A stretch of DNA of 64,000 bases, from assembly GCA_044229975.1 (NCBI GenBank), contig JBGARZ010000010.1, positions 160,001-224,000 on the forward strand, read 5' to 3'. The DNA is from Polyangiales bacterium. GTDB lineage: Bacteria > Myxococcota_A > Polyangia > Polyangiales > Ga0077539. Below, one piece after another: positions 9,445-19,981 of this stretch. A program made the translations under genes and the position numbers. Positions within the stretch are counted from its first letter, which is position 1, and every line of letters starts with the position of its first letter. Under the pieces are notes generated by a model. That model was given only the letters and a program-made list of their open reading frames with translations, was not told the origin of the DNA and made no database searches.

Positions 9445-10020
9445 ATGGCCATCCGGAAGATCGCCCACATCGGTCACCCCATCCTCCGCCAGCGCGCGCG
9501 GGAGGTGAGCCTCGACGAGCTGCGGAGCACAGGGTTTCAGCGCCTCATCGATGACCTCGTGGAGACCATGCGCGACGCCAACGGTGCGGGCCTCGCGGCG
9601 ACGCAGATCTACGAGCCGGTGCGGGTGTGCGCGCTCGAGGTCAACAACAACCCGCGGTACCCGTACAAGCCGAAGATCCCGCTGACGGTGCTGGTCAACC
9701 CGGTGATCGAGCTGCGCACCGACGAGCGCTTCGACAACTACGAGGGGTGCCTGTCGGTTCCGGGCTTTCGGGGTGTGGCGCCGCGCGCGACGGAGATTCG
9801 CGTGACGGCCCTGGACCGTGAGGGCAACCCCATCGACCGCATCGTGCGGGGACTGACGGCGGGGACGTACCAGCACGAGGTCGACCACCTCGACGGGCTG
9901 CTCTTCGTCGATCGCATGGTCGACCCGAAGACCTTCACGACGTGGGGGGAGTTCGAGCGCTACCACCAGGCGGCCTTCGTCGAGCGGGCGAAGGCGCTGG
10001 TGGCCCGCTACGGGGAGTGA
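9445..10020 (+). CDS. def: Peptide deformylase
   Basis: GAGLAATQ, EGCLS, QHEVDHLDG motifs. Confidence 0.95.
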   Translation: MAIRKIAHIGHPILRQRAREVSLDELRSTGFQRLIDDLVETMRDANGAGLAATQIYEPVRVCALEVNNNPRYPYKPKIPLTVLVNPVIELRTDERFDNYEGCLSVPGFRGVAPRATEIRVTALDREGNPIDRIVRGLTAGTYQHEVDHLDGLLFVDRMVDPKTFTTWGEFERYHQAAFVERAKALVARYGE

Positions 10021-10026
10021 GGCGCT

Positions 10027-11199
10027 CTACCGCTGCGTGAAGGCCGCGCGCGTCGCGCCCCGCAGCGCCTCGTCGGTCAGGAACTCCGCGCCCGTCCTCG
10101 CCATCGCGCGGGCGGCGGTGAGCATGGTGTCCAGGCCCCGCTCGGCGCAGGCCGCGCGCGCAAACGCGTGCTGGTGGCAGAGCGTCTCGCCCACGTCGCA
10201 GATGGCCAGCCACGGGTGGATGGACGGAACCGCGTGCGAGATGTCGCCCATGTCCGTGCTGCCCATGCCGACGCGGTCATCGGTCTCGGCCGCGGGGCGA
10301 CCGAGGTCGGCCATGTGCGCGGCGAAGGCACGGGCGAGGGGGAGGTTGGTGACGAGGTCGCGGTAGCCCTTGCGGGCGTTGATGCCCACCTCGACGCCAG
10401 CGGCCATGGCACCCGCGCGGGCGCAGCGCTCGACGATGGCCCGCACCCGCGCGAGCTCGTCGAGGCTCCTGGCGCGCACCGAGAACTCACACGCCGCGCG
10501 CTCGGGGATGATGTTCACGGCCTGGCCGCCGTCGGTGATGTAGCCGTGGACACGAACGCCGTCGCGGAAGTGGACCCGCTGCGAGTCGACGAGGTGGAAG
10601 GTCTGGAGGCACGCGGTGAGGGCGCTGCTGCCGTCCCATGGGGCGACCGCGGCGTGGGAGGGGACGCCGGTGAAGGTCATCTCCAGCCAGAGGTTGGCGA
10701 GCGTTCCGTGGGCGACGAGGTCGCGGTCGAAGGGGTGGAACATCATCGCCGCGTCGACCCCCGCGAAGACGCCGGCATCGAGGAGCAGGGCCTTGCCGCC
10801 GCCGCCTTCTTCGGCGGGCGTTCCGACGAGGTCGACGGTGAAGCCGTGGGCCTCGGCCTGCGGGGCGAGCGCGAGAAACGCACCGACGGCGCCCGCCGCG
10901 ATGAGGTTGTGCCCGCAGGCGTGGCCGATCTCCGGGAGCGCGTCGTACTCGGCCAGGATGGCGAGGCGCGGACCGCCGCGACCCGCGCGTGCGCGGAGGG
11001 CCGTGGGGAGGCCGCCGAGGGGGCGCTCGACGGTGTGGCCGCGATGCGTGAGGACGTCGGCGATCCAGGAGGCGGCGCGGTGCTCCTCGAAGCGCAGCTC
11101 GGGGTGCGCGTGGATCTTCAGCGCGAGCTCGCGCAGCGAGGGGGAGTCCGCGTCGACGGCGCGGTCGAGGGCCTCGGCCAGGGTCGCGGGCAAGGTCAT
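10027..11199 (-). CDS. M20 family amidohydrolase (ACY1L2/PM20D2-like)
   Basis: HPELRFEE, AEYDALP..GHACGHN, GTPAEEGGGGK, GSTDMGDIS. Confidence 0.9.
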   Translation of the reverse strand: MTLPATLAEALDRAVDADSPSLRELALKIHAHPELRFEEHRAASWIADVLTHRGHTVERPLGGLPTALRARAGRGGPRLAILAEYDALPEIGHACGHNLIAAGAVGAFLALAPQAEAHGFTVDLVGTPAEEGGGGKALLLDAGVFAGVDAAMMFHPFDRDLVAHGTLANLWLEMTFTGVPSHAAVAPWDGSSALTACLQTFHLVDSQRVHFRDGVRVHGYITDGGQAVNIIPERAACEFSVRARSLDELARVRAIVERCARAGAMAAGVEVGINARKGYRDLVTNLPLARAFAAHMADLGRPAAETDDRVGMGSTDMGDISHAVPSIHPWLAICDVGETLCHQHAFARAACAERGLDTMLTAARAMARTGAEFLTDEALRGATRAAFTQR

Positions 11200-11266
11200 G
11201 GTGCTTGCGTACACCAGCGGACGGGCGGTTGGCCATCGGGGCACGGAGGTGAGACCGTCCCCACCC

Positions 11267-12925
11267 GTGGGACTGCTCGACCCGACGCCTCCCCCCTACG
11301 ACGCGCTCGACTGGGTGCGAAAACCCCTTGGCGAGCGCGGCCGCATGGTCTGCGAAGCCTGGGCCCTCCAGGGCTACGGAACGCCCCCCGGCGTCTTCGC
11401 CTTCTACGCCCTCAAGCTCGCGATCTACATCGGCGCCTGGGTCTACTTCTGCTCGTTCTCCCCGTCGCTCGGTGGTCCCTCCACCATCGCCACCTGGGCG
11501 CTCTCCCCCGTGGCCTTCCAGAAGGCCATCACCTGGAGCCTCCTCTTCGAGGTGCTCGGCTTCGGCTGCGGCAGCGGTCCCCTCTCCGGCCGCTACCTCC
11601 CGCCCGTCGGCGGCTTCCTCTACTTCCTGCGTCGCAACACCACCAAGCTCCCGCTCTTCCCCGGTGCCCCCATCATCGGCGCGCCCACCCGCTCGCTCCT
11701 CGACGTCGCGCTCTACCTCGCGCTCGTCGTCGCCTCCATCCGCGCGCTCGTGGCGCCGCTGCCCGATGCCTCCCACTTCGCGCCCATCATCGTCCTCCTC
11801 GCGGCGCTCGGTGTGCTCGACAAGACCATCTTCCTCGCCGCCCGCGCCGAGCACTACTGGGTCACCCTCGTCTGCTTCGTCGCCTCACCCCTCCACTGGA
11901 TCGCCGGTGCCAAGGCGGTGCAGCTCGCGCTGTGGTTCTGGGCGGGCGTCTCCAAGCTCAACCACCACTTTCCCACCGTCGTCTGCGTGATGACCAGCAA
12001 CGGCCCGCTCACCCGCTTTCCCGCGCTGCGCCGTCGCATGTACCGCGCGTATCCCCACGACCTCCGCCCGTCGCGCCTCGCCACCCTCATGGGCCACGCC
12101 GGCACCGCGCTCGAACTCACCGTCCCCCTCGCCTTCCTCCTCACCCCGCTCGGAACTTCCCCCGTCGTCGCGGTGCTGCTCATGCTGGCACTGCACGCGT
12201 ACATCACCAGCCACGTCCCCATGGGCGTCCCCATCGAGTGGAACTTCCTCGTCGTCTATGGCGCCCTCGCGCTCTTCTGGGCGCACCCCGACGTGTCCGT
12301 TCTGTCCGTCGGTCTCTCTCCGCTCGCGGCCTTCCTCGCCGTCTGCCTCGTCGCGCTTCCCCTCGCGGGAAACCTCTTCCCGTCGCGCGTGTCGTTCCTG
12401 TTGGCGATGCGCTACTACGCGGGCAACTGGGCGTGGTCGATCTGGCTCTTCCGCGGTGAGTCCTACCGCAAGCTCGCGAAGCTCACCGTCAGCACCCCGT
12501 GGGTCTACGACCAGCTCGCGCGCTTCTACGACCGCGCCACCGCCGTCGGTCTCGTGGGCAAGGTCATGGGCTTCCGCATGATGCACCTGCACGGCCGCGC
12601 GCTACCCCACCTCGTGCCGCGCGCCGTCGACCGCCTCGAAGACTACGAGTGGCTCGACGGTGAAATCGTTGCGGGGTTGAGCCTCGGCTGGAACTTCGGC
12701 GAAGGCCACCTCCACCACGAGCAGCTCCTCGCGGCGATTCAAGCGCAGTGCGGCTTCGATGACGGTGAGCTCCGCTGCATCTTCGTCGAGTCACAGGCCC
12801 TCGGCGGCGACTCGCTCGCCTATCGCATCGTCGACGCGAAGACCGGCCCCATCGAGGCAGGCGAGCTACCCATCACCGATCTCAGGTCGGCCCAACCGTG
12901 GGCGACCGTGGTGTCTCCGCCGTGA
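11267..12925 (+). CDS. DUF3556-like polytopic membrane protein
   Basis: MGLLDP start, GFGCGSGPL, DKTIFLAARAEHY, SKLNHHFP, PMGVPIEWN, MRYYAGNW, GWNFGEGHLH, recalled as DUF3556 signatures. Confidence 0.75.
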   Translation: MGLLDPTPPPYDALDWVRKPLGERGRMVCEAWALQGYGTPPGVFAFYALKLAIYIGAWVYFCSFSPSLGGPSTIATWALSPVAFQKAITWSLLFEVLGFGCGSGPLSGRYLPPVGGFLYFLRRNTTKLPLFPGAPIIGAPTRSLLDVALYLALVVASIRALVAPLPDASHFAPIIVLLAALGVLDKTIFLAARAEHYWVTLVCFVASPLHWIAGAKAVQLALWFWAGVSKLNHHFPTVVCVMTSNGPLTRFPALRRRMYRAYPHDLRPSRLATLMGHAGTALELTVPLAFLLTPLGTSPVVAVLLMLALHAYITSHVPMGVPIEWNFLVVYGALALFWAHPDVSVLSVGLSPLAAFLAVCLVALPLAGNLFPSRVSFLLAMRYYAGNWAWSIWLFRGESYRKLAKLTVSTPWVYDQLARFYDRATAVGLVGKVMGFRMMHLHGRALPHLVPRAVDRLEDYEWLDGEIVAGLSLGWNFGEGHLHHEQLLAAIQAQCGFDDGELRCIFVESQALGGDSLAYRIVDAKTGPIEAGELPITDLRSAQPWATVVSPP

Positions 12926-12965
12926 CAGCCCCGGGGGGAGGCCGCTACCATCTCGCCCAATCCCC

Positions 12966-13658
12966 GTGCTGAAGACCATCGAGAAGCTGAGGATCTGGTT
13001 CGTCGTTCGCTTCATCTGGTCGTCGCGGCAACGGATGGCCGATGCGATCCGCGGCTTTCAGGCGACCGAGGCCGACGGCGTCTGGCACCTGCACCGCGGG
13101 CTCAAGCGCATCAGCGACCCCAAGCAGCGCGCCATCGTCTTCACGCACAGCATCGAGGAAGAGTCGCACGCCGAGGAGTTCGCGCGCGTCTACCGCACCT
13201 ACTCCGACCGCGTGATGACCGCCGCGACCTACGAGCGCGAAGACCTCCAGCGGCCCACCGACGCGCTCTGGAAGACCTTCGCGTACGTCCACGTCGGCGA
13301 GGAAGACGCCACCGAGCGCTTCCGCCACCTGCGCGACGCCCTCGACGACGGCGAGCTCAAGTCCGCCCTCGGGCGCATCGTCGCCGACGAGGACACGCAC
13401 GTCGACCTCACCCACGACATGCTCATCGCCATGGGCGCCACCGACCCGGAGATTCGCCGCGAGGTGCTCAAGGTGCGCGTCTCGCGCCTCTGGGAGACGT
13501 GGCTGCGCTCGGGCAAGCGCGTCGTCGACGTCGTGGCCACTGGCCTGCTCAGCGCGGCGTACGTGGTGCTCGGTGTCTTCCTTGCCGAGCCCGCGCGGCG
13601 GAGGCTCAACAGCCGCGTGGTGGAGTTCGACAACAACCAGCTCAAGAGACTCGGATGA
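12966..13658 (+). CDS. Ferritin-like (diiron four-helix bundle) protein
   Basis: E...EESH...E...DEDTH ligand pattern; stop overlaps carbamoyltransferase ATG. Confidence 0.7.
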   Translation: MLKTIEKLRIWFVVRFIWSSRQRMADAIRGFQATEADGVWHLHRGLKRISDPKQRAIVFTHSIEEESHAEEFARVYRTYSDRVMTAATYEREDLQRPTDALWKTFAYVHVGEEDATERFRHLRDALDDGELKSALGRIVADEDTHVDLTHDMLIAMGATDPEIRREVLKVRVSRLWETWLRSGKRVVDVVATGLLSAAYVVLGVFLAEPARRRLNSRVVEFDNNQLKRLG

Positions 13659-15484
13659 AGGTGCTCGGCGTCTCCTACGGCTATCACGACGCCTCGGCGT
13701 GCCTGGTGGTCGACGGCGCCGTCGTCGCGGCGGCCGCGGAGGAGCGCTTCACCCGCCAGAAGCACGACGCCAACTTCCCCACCTACGCCATCGAGGACTG
13801 CCTCGCGCGCGCCGGGCTCACCACCGCCGACCTCGATCAGGTCGTCTTCCACGAAGACCCGCACGCCAAGTTCTCGCGCGTGCTCTGCGCGGGCCTCGCC
13901 CCATTCCCCGGGTCACGCCGCGAGTTCGTCAACTCCACCAAGGCGTGGCTGGGACGGAAGCTCTGGTCGCTCAGCGCCATCTCGTCGCGCCTCGACCTCG
14001 ACCCCGACAAGGTCCGCTACCTCAGCCACCACTTCAGCCACGCCGTCCAGGCCTTCATGGGATCGGGCCACCACGAGGCCGCCGTGCTCGTCGTCGACGC
14101 CGTCGGCGACTGGGCCTGCTCTGCCCTCTTCTCGGGCAGGTGGGTCGACGGGGTTCCGCGCGTCGAGCGCGTGCTGGAGATCGCCTACCCCAACTCGCTC
14201 GGCCTCGTGTACTCGGCCTTCACCGCGTACCTCGGGTTCTCTCCCAACGACAGCGAGTGCAGCACCATGGCGCTCGCGGCCTTCGGCGAGCCCCGCTACG
14301 CCGATCAGGTGCGCGCCATCATCCGCGACGCCGAGGACACCTCGTACGAGGTCGACCAGCGCTACTTCCACTTCGCCAACTTCTACCAAGGGGCCGTCTC
14401 CAAGCGCTTCATCGAGGTGTTCGGCAAGCCGCGCGACTTCCGCGACCCGCTCCCCTTCGACGCCATCAACGGCGGCGGCGAGCACTCCGCCGACGCGCAG
14501 CGCTACGCCGACATCGCCGCGAGCCTCCAGCTCGTGCTCGAAGAGCAGGTGCTGCGGCTCTGCAAGATGCTGCACGAGAAGGTTCCGTCGGAGCACCTCT
14601 GCTACGCGGGCGGCGTGAGCCTCAACTGCGTCGCCAACCGTCGCATCCTGACGGAGACGCCCTTCAAGACGGTGTTCATTCCGCCCGACCCGGGTGACGG
14701 CGGAACCTCCGTCGGCAGCGCCCTCTACGCCGCCGCGTTGGGCGGTGGACTCTCGCCCGAGGCGACGCGCTACGGCGCCTACGTGGGCCCCGAGTACGAC
14801 CCGACCGACGACGTCGCGATGCTCGAACACATCAAGCCCGACCACATCCGCCGCTACCTCAAGCGCGGCGTGACGCGACCGAAGGGCATGACGTGGCGCC
14901 ACCGCCGCTACGACGACCCCGCGGCGCTGAGCGCAGACGTCGCGCATCGGCTCATGGGCAGGCAGATCGTGGGCTGGTTCCAGGGGCGCGCGGAGCTGGG
15001 GCCGAGGGCGCTGGGCAACCGGTCGATCCTCATCCGACCCGACGATCGCGCGCTCGCCGCGAGGCTCAGCCGGCACGTGAAGGACCGCGCGTCGTTTCGC
15101 CCCTACGCGCTCTCGATGCAGGCCGAGGCCGCGGCGGAGATTCTCGATCTCGCGGGGTCGGCGCCCGAGTCGTACCGGTGGATGCAGTTCGCGTCGCCGG
15201 TGCGCGCGGAGGTGCGCGAGCGGGTGGCGGCGGGCATCCACGTCGACGGAACCACGCGCCCGCAGGTGTGCCGCGCCGAGGACAACCCGGCGTACCACCG
15301 GCTGCTGGGGGCCTTCGGGGCGGAGTTCGGGCTGCCGACGCTGCTCAACACGAGCTTCAACCCGGCGGGCTATCCCATCGTGTCGACGCCGTCCGAGGCG
15401 CTGGTGATGTTCGCGCGCACGGACATGGACGCGCTGGTGCTCAACGACACGGTGATCTGGAAGGACGAAGGGGACGCGTCATGA
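13655..15484 (+). CDS. O-carbamoyltransferase (NodU/CmcH/TobZ family)
   Basis: YHDASA, EERFTRQKH, HHFSHA, GGVSLNCVAN, ELGPRALGNRSI, HVDGTTRPQ, LNTSFN. Confidence 0.93.
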   Translation: MKVLGVSYGYHDASACLVVDGAVVAAAAEERFTRQKHDANFPTYAIEDCLARAGLTTADLDQVVFHEDPHAKFSRVLCAGLAPFPGSRREFVNSTKAWLGRKLWSLSAISSRLDLDPDKVRYLSHHFSHAVQAFMGSGHHEAAVLVVDAVGDWACSALFSGRWVDGVPRVERVLEIAYPNSLGLVYSAFTAYLGFSPNDSECSTMALAAFGEPRYADQVRAIIRDAEDTSYEVDQRYFHFANFYQGAVSKRFIEVFGKPRDFRDPLPFDAINGGGEHSADAQRYADIAASLQLVLEEQVLRLCKMLHEKVPSEHLCYAGGVSLNCVANRRILTETPFKTVFIPPDPGDGGTSVGSALYAAALGGGLSPEATRYGAYVGPEYDPTDDVAMLEHIKPDHIRRYLKRGVTRPKGMTWRHRRYDDPAALSADVAHRLMGRQIVGWFQGRAELGPRALGNRSILIRPDDRALAARLSRHVKDRASFRPYALSMQAEAAAEILDLAGSAPESYRWMQFASPVRAEVRERVAAGIHVDGTTRPQVCRAEDNPAYHRLLGAFGAEFGLPTLLNTSFNPAGYPIVSTPSEALVMFARTDMDALVLNDTVIWKDEGDAS

Positions 15485-15666
15485 AGCGCTGGTTCCATGG
15501 CGCGCAGGTGATCCTGCGGACGGTGGCGCGGACCTTCGGGACGCTGGTGTCGCAGCAGCTCGGGATGTTCGTGCCCTTCGTGGGCTTCCTGTTCCTGCTG
15601 GCGGGCGTGCTGTGGGTCATCAACGTGATCGCGCCGCTCGCGCCGTTTGTGTACTCGCTGTTTTGA
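15481..15666 (+). CDS. DUF5989 (SxtK-like) small membrane protein
   Basis: 61 aa ending APFVYSLF; ATGA overlap with carbamoyltransferase. Confidence 0.8.
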   Translation: MKRWFHGAQVILRTVARTFGTLVSQQLGMFVPFVGFLFLLAGVLWVINVIAPLAPFVYSLF

Positions 15667-15671
15667 CGGTG

Positions 15672-16820
15672 TCAGCGCGGTGAGCTCGGCGCCCCGATGC
15701 CCCGCCGCACCGCCTCGTTGAGCACCGCTGCGATGCGCTGGTGACCCGTCGCGTTGGGGTGCGCGAAGTCCATGCGCGCGTTGGTCTTCATGTAGCGCTC
15801 GAAGCGCTCGCCGCGAAACGCGTCGACCACCCGGATGGACTCCATGCCCGACTCGCGCGCGGTGCGGGCCACCTGGTCGTAGATGCGGTTGCACTGCGGG
15901 TCGGCGAAGTCCTCCAGCACAGGCAACACGGCCACCAGTGTTCCGAAGTGGTGCTGCTGACCGAGCAGCCGCAGCCGCTCGAAGGAGTTACGCACGATGA
16001 GGTCGAACGAGTACGCGTCATGAAAAGGAACAAACAGCGAGCACAGCGACCCCGTCGTCGCGACCTCCAGCATCGGTAGATAACGAAAGAGGTAGTAGCT
16101 GTCGCCGATGCGGCGGTAGGCGCCGTTTTGCAGCGTCGCGCTGGTGAGCATGTACGCCAGCACCACGAAGTCGGGCTCGTACTGCAACCCCACCTGCTCG
16201 AACAGCCTCACCTGCTGAACGGTGCTGTACCCCTCGCACGACACGTTGATGACCTCGACGCGCCGGCCGCCCGCGGCGCCCTGGAGCAGGCGCTCCAGCA
16301 CCTCGTGGAAGCGCGACTCGTACGGGATCGCACCATCGTTGGCGATGGAGCCCGTCAGCACCACCACGCGGTAGACGTCCGCGGGCTTCGGGATGGCGTG
16401 CTCGCGGTCCCACAGCCCGAGGTGGTTGATGGGCATCTGCCGGTGCGACCGGCGGTCGGCCTCGACCATCGCCCCCGGGCGGTACTGGTAGCGCAGCAGC
16501 CGGTCGCGCGTGACCATGATGCGGTCGCTCTCGTCGACGGGGCCGAACCGCGCACGCGCCTCCAGCAACAGCACCGCCACCACCACCGCCGACAACAACG
16601 CGCGAAGCCCGGTGCGCGCTCGCGGCCACCGCACGAAGCCGCTCAGCACGAAGAGCAGCGTCACCCCCACCGCGAACGGTCGAAACACGTCGGGCAGATA
16701 GAAGTCCGGGTCCGTCGCGGAGATGGCCCAGGCGTCGAGCGAGAGCAGCAACGCCAGCAGCAGGGCCGTCGTGCGGCCGCCGAAGTGCCAGAGCGGTGGT
16801 CGCGGGGCGGGCTCGGTCAT
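15672..16820 (-). CDS. Membrane-anchored SGNH/GDSL hydrolase-like protein
   Basis: N-terminal TMs; RVVVLTGSIA (block I variant), EVINVSCEGYST, PDFVVL, DFAHPNATGH. Confidence 0.8.
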   Translation of the reverse strand: MTEPAPRPPLWHFGGRTTALLLALLLSLDAWAISATDPDFYLPDVFRPFAVGVTLLFVLSGFVRWPRARTGLRALLSAVVVAVLLLEARARFGPVDESDRIMVTRDRLLRYQYRPGAMVEADRRSHRQMPINHLGLWDREHAIPKPADVYRVVVLTGSIANDGAIPYESRFHEVLERLLQGAAGGRRVEVINVSCEGYSTVQQVRLFEQVGLQYEPDFVVLAYMLTSATLQNGAYRRIGDSYYLFRYLPMLEVATTGSLCSLFVPFHDAYSFDLIVRNSFERLRLLGQQHHFGTLVAVLPVLEDFADPQCNRIYDQVARTARESGMESIRVVDAFRGERFERYMKTNARMDFAHPNATGHQRIAAVLNEAVRRGIGAPSSPR

Positions 16821-16902
16821 CGGGTCACCACCCCAGAGGTCATACCGCGACGGTAGACGGCGAGGGTAGGTCCCGTGTAGCCCCGAAAGCCAACACCCGA
16901 CG

Positions 16903-18636
16903 ATGGCATCTCCCTCCGCCGACCTCTCCGCGCGCGCCTCCTGGATCGTTCTCGGGCTCGCCCTCATCGCCTACCTCGGACTCGCCTGGCGGCAAAGCGA
17001 CGCCTTCATGGCCTGGGACGAGGAGACCATGGTCCACAGCGTGACCGCGCCGCGGGTGCTCGCCGGTCGCCCCGGTCCCGACGGTCGCCCCCACCTCGAA
17101 CCCTCCTGCGCCGACGCCCACGCCCCCACCTTCGTCCTCTCCGCGGGTCGTCCCCGCCTCGGCGTCTGCGCCGGTGGTCGCCTCTGGCCCCTGATGATCG
17201 CCCCGTACTTCTCCGGGGTCTTCTACTGGCCCTTCGGCCTGCTCGCGCCGATCCATCACGACAACGTCTTCGTCCTCCGCAAGTTCACCCTGCTCCTCGG
17301 GGCCGTCACGCTGGCGCTCACCTTCCTGCTGGTGCGCCGCTTCGCCGGGCGTCGCGCGGCCGCCGTCGCCGCCGTCGCCACCGCCGTCTCCCCGTGCTTC
17401 GTGTTGACGCACTCCATCCTGGTGCACTTCGAGACGCTGCCGTGGATGTGGCTCACCGCCGCCATGCTCGTCTTCGCCGGGCGCGCTCCCAGCGAGACCC
17501 CGCCGTCGTCACGACGCCTCGCCCTGGGCGGCTTCTTCGTCGGCCTCGCGGTGCTCGCCAACCTGAAGACCGTCGCGCTCATCGCGCCGCTCGCCCTCGT
17601 CGCGTGGCGCCTCGATCCGCGCTGGCGACAGCTCCCGCGCGCGCGCTGGATCACCCCCGCCGTGGCCGCGGCGCTGCCGCTGCTGCCGATGGTCATCGTC
17701 TACCTGCTGCCCTCAGGCGGTTATGGAGACAAGAGCCAGGGGTGGTCACGCGCGCTCCTCGCTCACCTGTTGCAACCGCAGAGGCTTGTTCCCAGCACGC
17801 GCGACCTGCTGCTGTGGTGGTCCAACGTCGCGTACTACTTCCGCGACTTCGTGGGCTCGGCGCCGCTCAACGTCGCCGCCCTCGTCGTCGCCGTCGCCGC
17901 CCTCGCCTTCGTCCTCCGCGACGCCGCGCGCACCCTCTGGCGCCGCGAGGGGGACGCCGTCGCAGCCGCCTGCGGGGCGTCGCTCGCCGCGTACGTTGCG
18001 ATGGTCGCGCTCCTCTACGAGAGCTTCCCGGTCAACTACACCCCGCTGCACACGGTCTTCGGTGTCACGCTCGCGGTGGCCGTCGATCGCGCCTCGCGGT
18101 TTGTTGCCGGTCGCGTGGGCCGTCCGTCGCTCGCGCTGCCCCTCGCGCTCGTGGCGCTCGCGCCCTTTCTGCACAACACGCTCCAGACCACCGAGGCGTC
18201 GCGCGGGTTTCGGCTGCGAACCAACCCCATCACCGAGCGCGCCCTCGTGGCGTACCTGCGCGCGCACCCGGCGCCGGGCGCCAGCATCGTCACCGTGGAC
18301 GACCGCATGGCCGGCGTGGTCGATTCGCTCTCCAACGGCGAGCTCACCACCACGCAGGCGGGCGGGTACTTCCGGAGCTGCGATCCGCACACGAGCAACC
18401 CCCGCGCGCAGGAGTGCCTCTACGAGCGCTGGCGGGCGCTGCTGTCGGCGACGCCGGGGTCCCTGCGGGTGGTGATGCCGCTGGACGTTCTGACGTGGCG
18501 CAGCGGGTACGTGAGCCTGGCGCCCTCGCTCGAACGAGCCGCGCGCGAGCTCGGACGAGAGGTGGCCGTGGAGCAGCGCTTCGTGACGGCGGGGGGACTG
18601 CCCGCGGTGGCGCTGCATCGGGTTGGTGGGCGGTAG
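16903..18636 (+). CDS. GT-C fold membrane glycosyltransferase (ArnT/PMT-like)
   Basis: WDEE acidic motif after TM1, many TM helices, soluble C-terminal domain. Confidence 0.65.
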   Translation: MASPSADLSARASWIVLGLALIAYLGLAWRQSDAFMAWDEETMVHSVTAPRVLAGRPGPDGRPHLEPSCADAHAPTFVLSAGRPRLGVCAGGRLWPLMIAPYFSGVFYWPFGLLAPIHHDNVFVLRKFTLLLGAVTLALTFLLVRRFAGRRAAAVAAVATAVSPCFVLTHSILVHFETLPWMWLTAAMLVFAGRAPSETPPSSRRLALGGFFVGLAVLANLKTVALIAPLALVAWRLDPRWRQLPRARWITPAVAAALPLLPMVIVYLLPSGGYGDKSQGWSRALLAHLLQPQRLVPSTRDLLLWWSNVAYYFRDFVGSAPLNVAALVVAVAALAFVLRDAARTLWRREGDAVAAACGASLAAYVAMVALLYESFPVNYTPLHTVFGVTLAVAVDRASRFVAGRVGRPSLALPLALVALAPFLHNTLQTTEASRGFRLRTNPITERALVAYLRAHPAPGASIVTVDDRMAGVVDSLSNGELTTTQAGGYFRSCDPHTSNPRAQECLYERWRALLSATPGSLRVVMPLDVLTWRSGYVSLAPSLERAARELGREVAVEQRFVTAGGLPAVALHRVGGR

Positions 18637-18646
18637 CTGTCGTTGC

Positions 18647-19793
18647 CTACCCCCGACTTGATCGGCGGCGAGGTTTTGGAGGCGTTGCCACTGATGGCGG
18701 GTCCTTCAGCTCATCTTCGATCTGCTCAATCGTGGGCAGGGTCGTTCCGAGCTGCGCGGGCAACGCCTGAACGAGCTGGTACTCCGCTACGCCGATGGGC
18801 TTGTTCGCGTCGCGGAGCGCGTACTCCGCAATCACGCGGTTGCGGGTCTTGCAGTGCAGGATGCCGATCGTTGGATTGTCCTGGTCGGACTTGATCAATG
18901 AGTCGACGGCGCTCAGGTAGAAGTTGAGCTTCCCTGCGTGCTCGGGCTTGAACCCTCCAGCCTTCAACTCCACCACGACGTAGCATCGGAGCTTGAGGTG
19001 GTAGAAGAGCAGGTCGAGATAGAAGTCCTCGTCCCCGACCTCGACGTGCACCTGCCTCCCAACGAAGGCGAAGCCCGCGCCCAACTCAAGAAGGAAGCGG
19101 GTGACGTGAGCCATCAACGCTTCCTCGACCTCCCGCTCCTGGGCCGCTTCCGCGAGACCGAGGAAGTCGAAGCGGTACGGGTCCTTCAAGGACTCGCGCG
19201 CAAGGTCGGACTGCGAGGACGGGAGTCTCTCCGCGAAGTTGGTGACCGCGCGCCCGGAGCGCTCTCGCGCCTGCGTCTCGATCTGCATGACCAGGACGTT
19301 GCGCGACCAGCCGTGCTCGACCGCCTTCTCCATGTAGCAGGCCCGCTCCTCCGGCGCGTCCAGCTTGTCGAGCAGGGTGCACAGATGGAACCCAGGGCAG
19401 TCGTGCAGCAGCTTGCTGCACAAACTCGCCGTCGGGCCATGCGTCGGCGAACGACCGCATGTAGCTGAGGTTTCGCGGCGAGAAACCCTTCATCTCCGGA
19501 AACGCCGCATGCAGGTCGTGGGCGAGGCGTTCGATCACCTTCGTGCCCCAGCCTTGCCGCGCCTGTCGCTCAAGGATGTCCCGGCCGATCTGCCAATAGA
19601 GGCTGACGAGTTCGCGGTTTACGGCGAGTGAGGCCCGAAGTTGGGCGCTGCGAATGCGGTCCTTCAGCTCGCCGAGCCACTCTCCGTAGTCGGCCGGAGT
19701 CGGAGCGATCGATGGCGGTGTCGCGTCCGATGACTTTGAGGGTGTCTCTGTGCGGCCCGACGAGCGCCGAGGTGGGGTGGACTTCTTGGTCAT
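18647..19793 (-). pseudogene. yhcG: YhcG/DUF1016 PD-(D/E)xK nuclease, frameshifted by one extra base near 19391-19393
   Basis: N-half (LYWQIG, WGTKVI, GFSPRNL) and C-half (KDPYRFDFL, FLLELGAGFAFVGRQ, DLLFYH, ELK) lie in different frames; removing one G from TGGGTTC restores LPWFHLC. Confidence 0.85.
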
Positions 19794-19981
19794 GCCGATC
19801 GAGGTGCTCGCTGGGAGACGGTGTCATGGCTCCGTGCGCTCATTGCCTCCCCCGCGAACTCATCCGGAGAAGACATTCCGTGCCTCCGAAAATGCCCGAA
19901 ATCGTCATCCCTGGGGAACCCTGTCACAACCCCGCCGCGCATCTCGTCTCATGGGCACACGAGAGGAGAGCGAACACCAAT

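Noticed and set aside
13655..16820. Saxitoxin or aminoglycoside cluster
   Set aside because: Only the generic carbamoyltransferase module is present; no sxtA/sxtG or cyclitol synthase
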